From Caedibacter taeniospiralis (GTDB lineage Bacteria > Pseudomonadota > Gammaproteobacteria > Francisellales > Francisellaceae), in contig NZ_PGGB02000015.1 of NCBI RefSeq assembly GCF_002803295.2, positions 60 to 32,059 on the forward strand: a DNA stretch of 32,000 nt. Reading direction: 5' to 3'. This document shows positions 8,076 to 15,409 of the stretch, piece after piece; within the stretch, counting starts at the first letter, position 1, and each line of letters opens with the position of its first letter. The notes below the pieces were generated by a model. The model ran no database searches. It was not told the DNA's origin and saw only the letters and a program-made list of their open reading frames with translations. A program made the translations under genes and the position numbers.

Positions 8076-10283
8076 CTAAGCAACCACACGCGCCACATTC
8101 TCAACATAAGCAGTCGCACTCATTTTTTTGGCCAACGTTTCAAGTGTTTGCATATCGCTAAGAATGAGACTCAACTTAATCGTTTTATACTTTTCTGATT
8201 GTGAAGGCTGCAGTGCCGCAATCGTAATTTTCTCACTCGTTAAAATACTGGTTACTTCATGCACTGCTTTGTCAACGTCACTACAAATAAGCAACAAATC
8301 GACCTGATAGCGCCTTAGATCTTTCTTACCCCATTGTACATCCAGCACACGCTCGGGCAAGCTTAAGCTTAAACGTAAAAAATTTGGACACACGGATCTA
8401 TGCACAGTGACCCCTCTGCCATGCGTTAAATAGCCTCCAATGTCATCGCCTTGCACAGGTTTGCAGCAGCCTGCCATATGCGATAGCAGGTTATCCACTC
8501 CATAAATGGTTAAATCAGTTTTACGAATATTTTCATGCAAATTGTGCGTGATACTGGCAAGCTTATTCGTTTTATCTTCCTGTATTGCTTTATCAACCAG
8601 ATTATAGTGTTCAACGATATAGTTGATCACCTGATTAAAACGTAAGGCTCCCGTTTCAATACCTGCATATAAAGTTTCTTCATCCGCCATATTAAAGTGT
8701 GAGGCAACTTCACTGTAATCGATTGACTTAAGACGATGAGTTTTAAGCTCATCTAAGAGACGTTCACGCCCTAAAAGCGCATTTTGCTCTTTATTTTGCT
8801 GCTTAAACCAGCGTGCGACACGTGCACGAATTTTGGCTGAATGAATAAAGCCACTGCCTGCATTTGCCCAATCCATGCTCGGACTGGGTTCTTTGTGCGT
8901 TAATATTTCAACCTTATCACCCGTTGCAAGCTTCGTCGTTAAGGGCACTATTTTACCATTGATCTTAGCACCTTTAGTCCTGTGCCCGATCATCGTATGC
9001 ACCATATACGCAAAATCAAGCACAGTTGACCCTGACTCAAGATCAATGACGTCACCATGAGGCGTAAATATATATACACGATTGATGGTAATTTCTTTTT
9101 TCAGCTCATCACTATTGATTTCATTAGCAAGCTCACTCTCCCAATCTAATAATGAACGCAGCCAGTTGACTCGGGCTTCGTAGCTTGGATCATGTTTAAC
9201 CCCCTCTTTGTAGCGCCAATGAGCGGCGACGCCCATTTCAGACTCATTGTGCATTCCATGCGTTCTGATCTGCACTTCAAGGGTTAAATGCTCAGGACCA
9301 TAAACTACCGTATGTACCGATCGATAACCATTTGGCTTGGGCGTGGCAATATAATCAGCAAATTCACTGGAAATGGGTTCCCACAATTGATTAACAATAC
9401 TTAACGCACCATAACACTCATCAACTGAGTCTACTAAAACGCGTAAGGCTCTGATGTCATAGAGCTCATCCAAAGAGCGCTCTTTTTTTCTAAGCTTCCG
9501 CCAGATACTATAGATATGCTTAACTCTGCCACTTAGCTCAAATTGGATATTTTCTTTTTTAAGCGCACCCGCTAGCGTGTCTATCGCATTTTGAATATAC
9601 GCCTCACGTTCAAGGCGTTTCTTTTTAAGTCCTCTCGCGATTTTTTTATACTCAACAGGATAGAGACAGGCAAACGCACGGTCTTCAAGCTCCCACTTGG
9701 TTTTAGCCAGTCCTAAGCGATTGGCTAGTGGCGCATAAATTTCTAGAATTTCTTTGGCAATCGTTTGCTTGTAGCTTTCCGTCCAATTTTTAGCTGCTCG
9801 CATTGTACAGACTCTATCAGCCAATTTCACCAAAACAATACGCACGTCTTCGACAATCGTTAGTAACATTTTGCGAAATGTGTCAATTTGCGACTGATTA
9901 GGTTTGGCGTTTTGCAAAGCACGTACTGCAGACATGGCCTTCGCACCATCTAAAATTTTTAATACCCCTTCACCACATTGTTTAGCAATAAGCTCAGATG
10001 GCGTTTTTTGGTTGTAATGCAACTCAAACAGCAAGGCCGCTGCCACTGAATCTTCATCCGCCTGCAGATCAAATAATACGGCTGCCATTTCAATACCATA
10101 ATCAAAACACGTACCACCGTGCACAGAAGGCTCATCAACGCCGTATTGCGCTAATATATCAAGAGCTACAGCAATCGTTGCCAGTCTGTTTTTTGGGTAA
10201 AAACCTTCGAGTAAAGCCAACCATTTTTGAAAATCTATGAGCCCCTCTTTGGTCAAGGCATATCTGTCCGTTACTTGCACCAT
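8076..10283 (-). CDS. relA: GTP pyrophosphokinase RelA ((p)ppGpp synthetase I, with a degenerate hydrolase domain)
   Basis: 735 aa. Synthetase core (...NGYRSVHTVVYGPE..LEVQIRT..MH), TGS region (VYIFTPHGDVIDLESGSTVLDFAY) and a C-terminal ACT-like region. The N-terminal region lacks the His-Asp metal motif of SpoT hydrolases (it reads TCFDYGIEMAAVLFDLQADED), as in monofunctional RelA. Confidence 0.9.
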   Translation of the reverse strand: MVQVTDRYALTKEGLIDFQKWLALLEGFYPKNRLATIAVALDILAQYGVDEPSVHGGTCFDYGIEMAAVLFDLQADEDSVAAALLFELHYNQKTPSELIAKQCGEGVLKILDGAKAMSAVRALQNAKPNQSQIDTFRKMLLTIVEDVRIVLVKLADRVCTMRAAKNWTESYKQTIAKEILEIYAPLANRLGLAKTKWELEDRAFACLYPVEYKKIARGLKKKRLEREAYIQNAIDTLAGALKKENIQFELSGRVKHIYSIWRKLRKKERSLDELYDIRALRVLVDSVDECYGALSIVNQLWEPISSEFADYIATPKPNGYRSVHTVVYGPEHLTLEVQIRTHGMHNESEMGVAAHWRYKEGVKHDPSYEARVNWLRSLLDWESELANEINSDELKKEITINRVYIFTPHGDVIDLESGSTVLDFAYMVHTMIGHRTKGAKINGKIVPLTTKLATGDKVEILTHKEPSPSMDWANAGSGFIHSAKIRARVARWFKQQNKEQNALLGRERLLDELKTHRLKSIDYSEVASHFNMADEETLYAGIETGALRFNQVINYIVEHYNLVDKAIQEDKTNKLASITHNLHENIRKTDLTIYGVDNLLSHMAGCCKPVQGDDIGGYLTHGRGVTVHRSVCPNFLRLSLSLPERVLDVQWGKKDLRRYQVDLLLICSDVDKAVHEVTSILTSEKITIAALQPSQSEKYKTIKLSLILSDMQTLETLAKKMSATAYVENVARVVA

Positions 10284-10448
10284 CGCTACTTACCCATTCC
10301 TAAATCAATAATCGTCGTATCTTTATTAACTGGAGAAACCACTGGGATTAAGCATAACGAAAAACTTCTCAAAACCCCAGTGAAAGTATGGCAATAATCG
10401 CTTGAATATATAATGCGAAATATCGGCTTAGGACAAAATATTTGCCAA

Positions 10449-10491
10449 AGTGTGGGTGTGGGGGATGAGCGAACACTATCACACCCACACT
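10449..10491 (-). terminator. Stem-loop downstream of rnpB, a candidate terminator
   Basis: Perfect 12-bp stem AGTGTGGGTGTG (10449-10460) / CACACCCACACT (10480-10491) with a 19-nt loop. On the minus strand it is followed by TTTGGCAAATATTTTG. It lies about 55 nt beyond the rnpB 3' end. Confidence 0.5.
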
Positions 10492-10545
10492 GATTAACTC
10501 ACACTTTAAAACAGGCAGGAAGCAATCACAGCCAAAATATCAAAA

Positions 10546-10980
10546 GGCTAAGTCAGTCGATAAGCCGGGTTCTGTCGTGGACAGTCATTTATCTAGATAT
10601 TATGTCGCCACAATACTCAAGCAGCCTACCCGATTGCAGTGCGAGCCACACTATTACAATCCTATTTGGCTTTGCTTCAGATGGGGTTTGCCATGCCACT
10701 TTTGTTACCAAAAGCGCGGTGCGCTCTTACCGCACCTTTTCACCCTTACCTGTATGAAAACATACATTGGCGGTCTATTCTCTGTTGCACTTTCCGTAAG
10801 CTCACACCTCCCAGGAGTTACCTGGCACCTTGCTCTATGAAGCCCGGACTTTCCTCATCTGACCACTAAGTCCCAGGCTCAAAAACATTTAGCTGAGACC
10901 ATCCTGCCTAAACTCACACTAAAGTTTTCATTCTAAACCATAAACTTAGTGGTCAGATGCGACTGCCTGACCAACTTAGC
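10546..10980 (-). ncRNA. rnpB: RNase P RNA (bacterial type A) with an expanded P3
   Basis: The minus strand contains GAGGAAAGTCCGGGCTTCATAGAGCAAGGTGCCAGGTAAC, AGTGCAACAGAGA, GGTAAGGGTGAAAAGGTGCGGTAAGAGCGCACC, GGGTAGGCTGCTTGAG and AATGACTGTCCACGACAGAACCCGGCTTATCG. All are near-identical to E. coli M1 RNA blocks. P1 is GCTAAGT / ACTTAGC. The ends are approximate, within about 5 nt. Confidence 0.95.
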
Positions 10981-10987
10981 GGGCGTT

Positions 10988-11017
10988 ATTATAGGCTAAG
11001 CTTGCGGCGAATAGCAA
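10988..11017 (-). promoter_or_regulatory. Candidate rnpB promoter
   Basis: Minus strand: TTGCTA (11017-11012), 18-nt spacer, TATAAT (10993-10988). The predicted RNase P RNA 5' end lies 7-8 nt downstream. The TAA stop (10991-10989) of the upstream CDS is embedded in the -10 hexamer. Confidence 0.55.
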
Positions 11018-11675
11018 TAATCTCTTGTTCGGAAATGGTTTTTAAGCGACTAAATTCCGTTTGTAATCCCAGAAGCTTTTCACTTGCACGCTTTTGAAAC
11101 TCCCTGACTTTTTGATCACAATCCATACGAGTCGTGAATAATTCACTTTGCGCACTTTGGTACTGCTCCAAGGCCTCCAATCTTGAACTTCTTATAGCTG
11201 CAAGTGCCTGAAATAATTTTTGAATTATTTCAGTTTCTTGTTGTAAGCGCTCCAAGGTCAATGGCTCTCGTGGGGCAATCGCTGCATAGGATTCATCTGA
11301 ATTGCTATTGCCTATAAATTGCGTTCTTGAATATGGTTTCTTATGACCATTCTGAACTGAGGACTCCTGTGTGCAATTACGCTGCAACTTTCTCGACTTG
11401 AAACTGCTGATATCTGGTCTTCGCAGTTTGTTATTGCTGCCAGCCCCATAACTCGTTTCAGCTCTTGTTTCAGTGGATCTGAACTTTGGCTTTACTTCGT
11501 TGCTTAAATGAGGATTTTCTTTCTGCCATTTCCCTAGCAAAACGGCAATTTGTGCATGGGTACCCCTTCTTAGTTCTCTGCGCACATATTCGAGTGTAAC
11601 TTTACGCCCTTCCTGATTTAATCTCTCTGCTACTGCAGCAAGCTCCTCATAACTTATCTGGTTATCTTCTGACAT
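10989..11675 (-). CDS. KfrA_N-like DNA-binding domain protein with a low-complexity linker and a C-terminal coiled coil
   Basis: 228 aa with a good Shine-Dalgarno (AAGGGA). N-terminus ISYEELAAVAERLNQEGRKVTLEYVRRELRRGTHAQIAVLLGKWQKE follows the KfrA_N (PF11740) pattern: aromatic-E-D/E-hydrophobic-AAAA..L...G...T...VR..L..G....I...L..W. The C-terminal roughly 90 aa are heptad-like (LERLQQETEIIQKLFQALAAIR...). The domain call rests on pattern memory, not a search. Confidence 0.6.
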   Translation of the reverse strand: MSEDNQISYEELAAVAERLNQEGRKVTLEYVRRELRRGTHAQIAVLLGKWQKENPHLSNEVKPKFRSTETRAETSYGAGSNNKLRRPDISSFKSRKLQRNCTQESSVQNGHKKPYSRTQFIGNSNSDESYAAIAPREPLTLERLQQETEIIQKLFQALAAIRSSRLEALEQYQSAQSELFTTRMDCDQKVREFQKRASEKLLGLQTEFSRLKTISEQEIIAIRRKLSL

Positions 11676-11699
11676 GGATTCCCTTAATACTCCAATATT

Positions 11700-11906
11700 T
11701 TATACTTGATGTAAGGATGAAAATAAGCACCATCTTTTTAGCTGTCCACTCAAGGAAAGAGCTCGCAGTGCGAAGCCACGAGATAGCTCGAAAATATCAA
11801 CATTGCGAAGGTTTGTATTACTTAACTTTGTAGTAGAAAATACTCTAGAGGCAAACTCACCGCGCGGATTATGACCAAACTTTCGCTTAAGTTCAAGAAA
11901 AATCAT
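11700..11906 (-). CDS. Hypothetical 68-aa basic protein (doubtful)
   Basis: Its ATG overlaps the tyrP-like TGA as ATGA (11906-11903), a translational-coupling geometry. I recognise no domain. Its 3' end overlaps a plausible promoter for the KfrA_N-like gene (TTATTT-18-TAAAAT), so it may be non-coding. Confidence 0.2.
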   Translation of the reverse strand: MIFLELKRKFGHNPRGEFASRVFSTTKLSNTNLRNVDIFELSRGFALRALSLSGQLKRWCLFSSLHQV

Positions 11907-13123
11907 GCCAGGATCGTTAAAAGACCAGAACTACTACATAATTGCAACACGATAATCAGTGTCCCAGTGAACATTAATATCAATAAATATAATTTGCTTA
12001 TTAGCGTATTGCGCGCCTCTTTACACCGCAAAGACCATGTCATACATGCAGGCAATATAATTAGCAAAACACACACAAAGATACTCGCATATCCCAAAGC
12101 TGCAAGAAAACCATTAACAAAGAAAACAGCAAAAATCAGGGGAGGAAGATAGGTAATAGCAAAGTTTAATAATCGAAACGGCGTCGTTTTCTTAAACTTA
12201 TACGTGTCTTGATTAAAGTGAAACAGCGCCAAAGTCACGCCCAGAAAGGACGTCGTGACAGCAACATTCGAAAACCCAATAATAAACCCACTAGCACTTC
12301 GAACATTAAGTAAATGATGATACGCCATTCCCAAATCAATGCCATGAGTCATTAAATATTTAAAACCATAATTTCCTAATACGGGAATAACGCCCAAAGT
12401 GACCATTACCCAAACGGTATAAACAACAAAAGGGACACAAGCTCCCACTACCACGACACGCTTTAGCACCTGGTCATTTTTAAAATAATTACGTATTGTT
12501 GGGATTACAATATGAAAACCAAAAGAAGTAATCAAAATTGGAAACGCATACCAGGCATAGCCAATGCCCATGCTCGCCTCACTTAATAAACTTTTTTGCA
12601 CGTAGGGCACGATAACCACGATAATGCCAAGAAAACACAATGCTTTTAAAGCAAAAAACAACTTGTTAAGCTGATCCACTGCCGAGGTACCAAAATAAAT
12701 AATAGCCCCAAGAATCAGGGTAAAGAGCAAAGCACCATACCCTCCTGAGTGACTTACCCCAAATACGTATTGATCTAAAAGCCCACCCCCCATAGCAATG
12801 TAAGCCGTCGTTAGTGCATATAACAGCAACAGGTACGCAAGCCAGTTTACCACCTGCCCAAATCGCCCTAAGGTAGCATATGCCATGGTATTTAAATCTG
12901 CTCCAAATGGCTGGCGTGTATTTACTTCAACCATCAAAAGTGCTGTTGCCAACATGATAATCCAATTAATAAACAGGAGGATCAGCGCAGTCTTGAACCC
13001 GACAGCAGCCACGGCATACGGAATGGCGAGCATCCCCGCCCCAATAGAAGTCCCAGCAATGAGCAAAACACCTCCAAGCTTCTTCATCCTTGAAACCGTT
13101 TGTGGCATATCATTTTCCAACAT
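11903..13123 (-). CDS. tyrP: Aromatic amino acid permease, HAAAP family (TyrP/Mtr-like tyrosine-specific transporter)
   Basis: Polytopic membrane protein. MKKLGGVLLIAGTSIGAGMLAIP aligns with the E. coli TyrP N-terminus (..[20 protein letters not shown]). The track start at 13138 is a TTG. In-frame ATGs lie at 13123, 13108 and 13087, so the true start is uncertain. Confidence 0.85.
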   Translation of the reverse strand: MLENDMPQTVSRMKKLGGVLLIAGTSIGAGMLAIPYAVAAVGFKTALILLFINWIIMLATALLMVEVNTRQPFGADLNTMAYATLGRFGQVVNWLAYLLLLYALTTAYIAMGGGLLDQYVFGVSHSGGYGALLFTLILGAIIYFGTSAVDQLNKLFFALKALCFLGIIVVIVPYVQKSLLSEASMGIGYAWYAFPILITSFGFHIVIPTIRNYFKNDQVLKRVVVVGACVPFVVYTVWVMVTLGVIPVLGNYGFKYLMTHGIDLGMAYHHLLNVRSASGFIIGFSNVAVTTSFLGVTLALFHFNQDTYKFKKTTPFRLLNFAITYLPPLIFAVFFVNGFLAALGYASIFVCVLLIILPACMTWSLRCKEARNTLISKLYLLILMFTGTLIIVLQLCSSSGLLTILA

Positions 13124-13221
13124 ATTTTTGTGAATCAAAAAATTAGCGAAACCTCATGTTATCATTACAAACAAAACTGGCAACCAATTTTCTCTTACTG
13201 CTACGTAATTTTTTATCCCAC

Positions 13222-14238
13222 TTAAGCATTATTTAAAGCTGCTCTTGGCTTAACATCAATCGCCATATCTTTATCACAAAAGCCATTTTCTAGGCGATAA
13301 GCACCTGCCACGGCAATCATCGCACCGTTGTCTGTGCAATACCTCAATGGGGGATAATAGACTTGCCAGTGATTTTTTAGCGCAAGCCTGCTTAACGTTT
13401 CTCTTAGATGCTTATTGGCACTTACACCACCTGAAACGACCAGATTTTTGATCCCAGTATGTTTCAGTGCACGTTTGCATTTGATCGAAATCGTATCAAC
13501 TACTGCCTCCTGAAAGGCATAAGCAATATCTGATTTTGTCTGCTCACTCTTGTCTTCCAGGAGCTGCCAGGCATTAAGCACTGCAGTCTTTAAACCACTA
13601 AAGCTAAAATCAAACCCAGGTCGATCACACATAGGTCGAGGGAATATAAACTCACTCAGATGACCATTCTCTGCAAGCCTGGCTAAATGAGGACCTCCTG
13701 GATATGGAAGACCTAACAACTTTGCTGTTTTATCAAACGCTTCACCTGCAGCATCATCAATCGACTCCCCCAGAAGCTCATAACTGCCAAACTTCTGCAC
13801 CTCAATCAGCTGGGTGTGTCCTCCTGAGATTAATAATGCAATATATGGATATTCAGGCTTATCTTCCTCATTAAGTAACGGGGCTAATAAATGCCCTTCC
13901 AGATGGTGAATCGCGATGGCAGGGATATCTAGCATAAAGCTTAAGGTTTTAGCAAATGCCGCACCAACCATCAACGCACCAACCAATCCTGGCATGGCGG
14001 TGTAGGCTATTGCATCAATGGCTTTCAATGACAGCTTCGCCTCTGTTAATGCCGCTTTTGCTAAAGGCAAAAGTTTTGCCACATGATCTCTTGAAGCAAG
14101 TTCAGGAATAACTCCACCATATGGTGCATGCAAATCAATTTGACTATACAACTCATTAGCTAATAGCTTCTGGGTACGACTATCGTAAATGGCAATGCCT
14201 GTTTCATCACATGAAGTTTCAATTCCTAAGACAATCAC
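13222..14238 (-). CDS. tsaD: tRNA N6-adenosine threonylcarbamoyltransferase TsaD
   Basis: 338 aa, (GTG)[18 protein letters not shown]..., with [10 protein letters not shown] and SGGVSAN motifs. GTGA overlap with the upstream small membrane ORF. Confidence 0.95.
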   Translation of the reverse strand: MIVLGIETSCDETGIAIYDSRTQKLLANELYSQIDLHAPYGGVIPELASRDHVAKLLPLAKAALTEAKLSLKAIDAIAYTAMPGLVGALMVGAAFAKTLSFMLDIPAIAIHHLEGHLLAPLLNEEDKPEYPYIALLISGGHTQLIEVQKFGSYELLGESIDDAAGEAFDKTAKLLGLPYPGGPHLARLAENGHLSEFIFPRPMCDRPGFDFSFSGLKTAVLNAWQLLEDKSEQTKSDIAYAFQEAVVDTISIKCKRALKHTGIKNLVVSGGVSANKHLRETLSRLALKNHWQVYYPPLRYCTDNGAMIAVAGAYRLENGFCDKDMAIDVKPRAALNNA

Positions 14239-14465
14239 AGCGGTGTTGCCCTTTTAATCTTATTGCAGCGTTTTCCCCTCGAAAAAAGTAAAAGCAACAT
14301 TCCCACCGTGAGACCCACAATAAATACCAGTAGCAGCAATAGAATCAGGGGCAAGTTGAATGAGCCCAGTAAATAATTGAAGCTCACAGGCTGCGCATTA
14401 AGCACAGCCAATACACATACCAAGACAAATACAATCACTAACAACACATAGCCAACAACACGCAT
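14235..14465 (-). CDS. LapA-domain (DUF1049) small inner-membrane protein
   Basis: Two transmembrane helices with a short basic tail, plus the [18 protein letters not shown] motif typical of LapA/YciS-like proteins. I prefer the ATG at 14465, which has a GGGAAAGAG Shine-Dalgarno, over the track's TTG at 14492. Confidence 0.7.
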   Translation of the reverse strand: MRVVGYVLLVIVFVLVCVLAVLNAQPVSFNYLLGSFNLPLILLLLLVFIVGLTVGMLLLLFSRGKRCNKIKRATPL

Positions 14466-14503
14466 TACTCTTTCCCAGGTTACTAACGCCAAAAAACCGT
14501 TGC

Positions 14504-14512
14504 ATCATACCA
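14504..14512 (-). promoter_or_regulatory. Candidate extended -10 promoter for lapA-like-tsaD
   Basis: The minus strand reads TGGTATGAT (TGn + TATGAT) about 40 nt upstream of the 14465 ATG. The -35 is poor. Pattern only. Confidence 0.35.
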
Positions 14513-14569
14513 CATTTACGCGCAAAAGTTTTAGCTTGTTTTTAATCGCGCTCAACGCAAGAATTTAGC

Positions 14570-14598
14570 TTTCATTAACAAGCACTATTTGTTAGAAT
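14570..14598 (+). promoter_or_regulatory. Candidate extended -10 promoter firing toward the nested-palindrome block and rne
   Basis: TTCATT (14571-14576), 16-nt spacer ending in TG (14590-14591), then TAGAAT (14593-14598). It is divergent from the lapA-like promoter. Pattern only. Confidence 0.4.
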
Positions 14599-14635
14599 GC
14601 AGCTGCTTTTGTTTCATGTTTTTAGGCTTAGGACC

Positions 14636-14767
14636 AAATTTCCGCCCAAACAAAATAGATGCTGTCATTCCCGCCTGACCACTCTGGAGTGGTCAAGCCC
14701 GCGAAGGCGAGAATCCAGCTTTCAAATGACTCCTGCAACCTCGCACAGGGTGACGATGGGCGGAAAC
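14636..14767. repeat. Nested palindromic repeat block (three levels of inverted repeats)
   Basis: Outer stem TTTCCGCCCA (14639-14648) / TGGGCGGAAA (14757-14766). Middle stem ATTCCCGCC (14667-14675) / GGCGAGAAT (14707-14715). Inner hairpin TGACCACT (14676-14683), loop CTGG, AGTGGTCA (14688-14695). All were verified by eye. Confidence 0.7.
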
Positions 14768-14912
14768 ATGGTGAGGGTCTATTTTTAACAAAACAAAAAC
14801 TGATTTGACATGGATTTTGGCTATTGTAAATCGATTGGGAAAAACAGATTGCACCAACGCAATATATATCACCCCAATACCTGTGTACACATGGCTTACA
14901 AAAACTTGCATA

Positions 14913-15409
14913 TGCACAAAAGCAATGCCCAAGGCATTTTTGTGCAGTTGTGAAGAACTAGTCCCATTGCGCATTTTATGTGCTCAGTGTGACTGATGAT
15001 TTAGAGGGATTAATAATGCAGTGACTTACAGACGTCATTGGAAATGCTTCTCTTAGAGAAAAAATTAAGAGCAGCATTTAGGAAAAAATCTCACGTTAAA
15101 TCGCATAAATAAAGGTATTAGGGCAAAAATTTAAGTGCCCAATTTGTGAATCTACTTAGACCCGTGCTCTTAAGCAAAAGTCTATAGAGCGTCATGATCA
15201 AGTAAGGTGACCCGTTGGCGCGAAATAAAACTATGGAAAACACAAATAAATAATGATGGTTTTTATAACAATAATAACAATAACAGCTTACCTGACTTGG
15301 GTTTTAACTAACCAGGGTTGGGATTTATCTCATGCAAACTCATCATTCCAGCACTTAGCTTTACCTGTAATACCTTTTAAACAATCATTATTTAAAAGGA
15401 TAACAACAT
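14913..15409 (+). promoter_or_regulatory. Long structured 5' leader of rne, likely an autoregulatory UTR
   Basis: Three hairpins. First, 14913-14946: TGCACAAA-AGC-AATGCC-CAA-GGCATT-TTTGTGCA. Second, 15042-15079: 14 bp with one mismatch and a 10-nt loop. Third, 15373-15399: CCTTTTAAA / TTTAAAAGG, 9 bp. The 3' arm of the third hairpin contains the rne Shine-Dalgarno AAAGGA, 10 nt before the ATG. E. coli rne has a 361-nt autoregulatory leader with hairpins, which is the analogy here. The transcription start is not identified. TTGACA at 14805-14810 with a weak -10 is one candidate. Confidence 0.4.

Noticed and set aside
10577-10869. Two overlapping plus-strand ORFs (87 and 76 aa)
   Set aside because: They lie entirely within, and antisense to, the RNase P RNA gene, whose identity is unambiguous.
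10857-14695. Shared 9-mer CTGACCACT between the rnpB P3 closing stem and the 14675 palindrome, as a hint that P3 carries the same element
   Set aside because: A single 9-nt match is expected fairly often by chance across both strands of 32 kb. Similarity does not extend beyond it (..CTAAGT versus ..CTCTGG).
14597-14996. Three ORFs (63 aa plus, 93 aa minus, 63 aa plus) in the tsaD-rne spacer
   Set aside because: They read through the palindromic repeat block, giving the ..SPRRRESS.. pseudo-peptide typical of translated repeats, and through leader hairpins. They have no Shine-Dalgarno sequence and no similarity.
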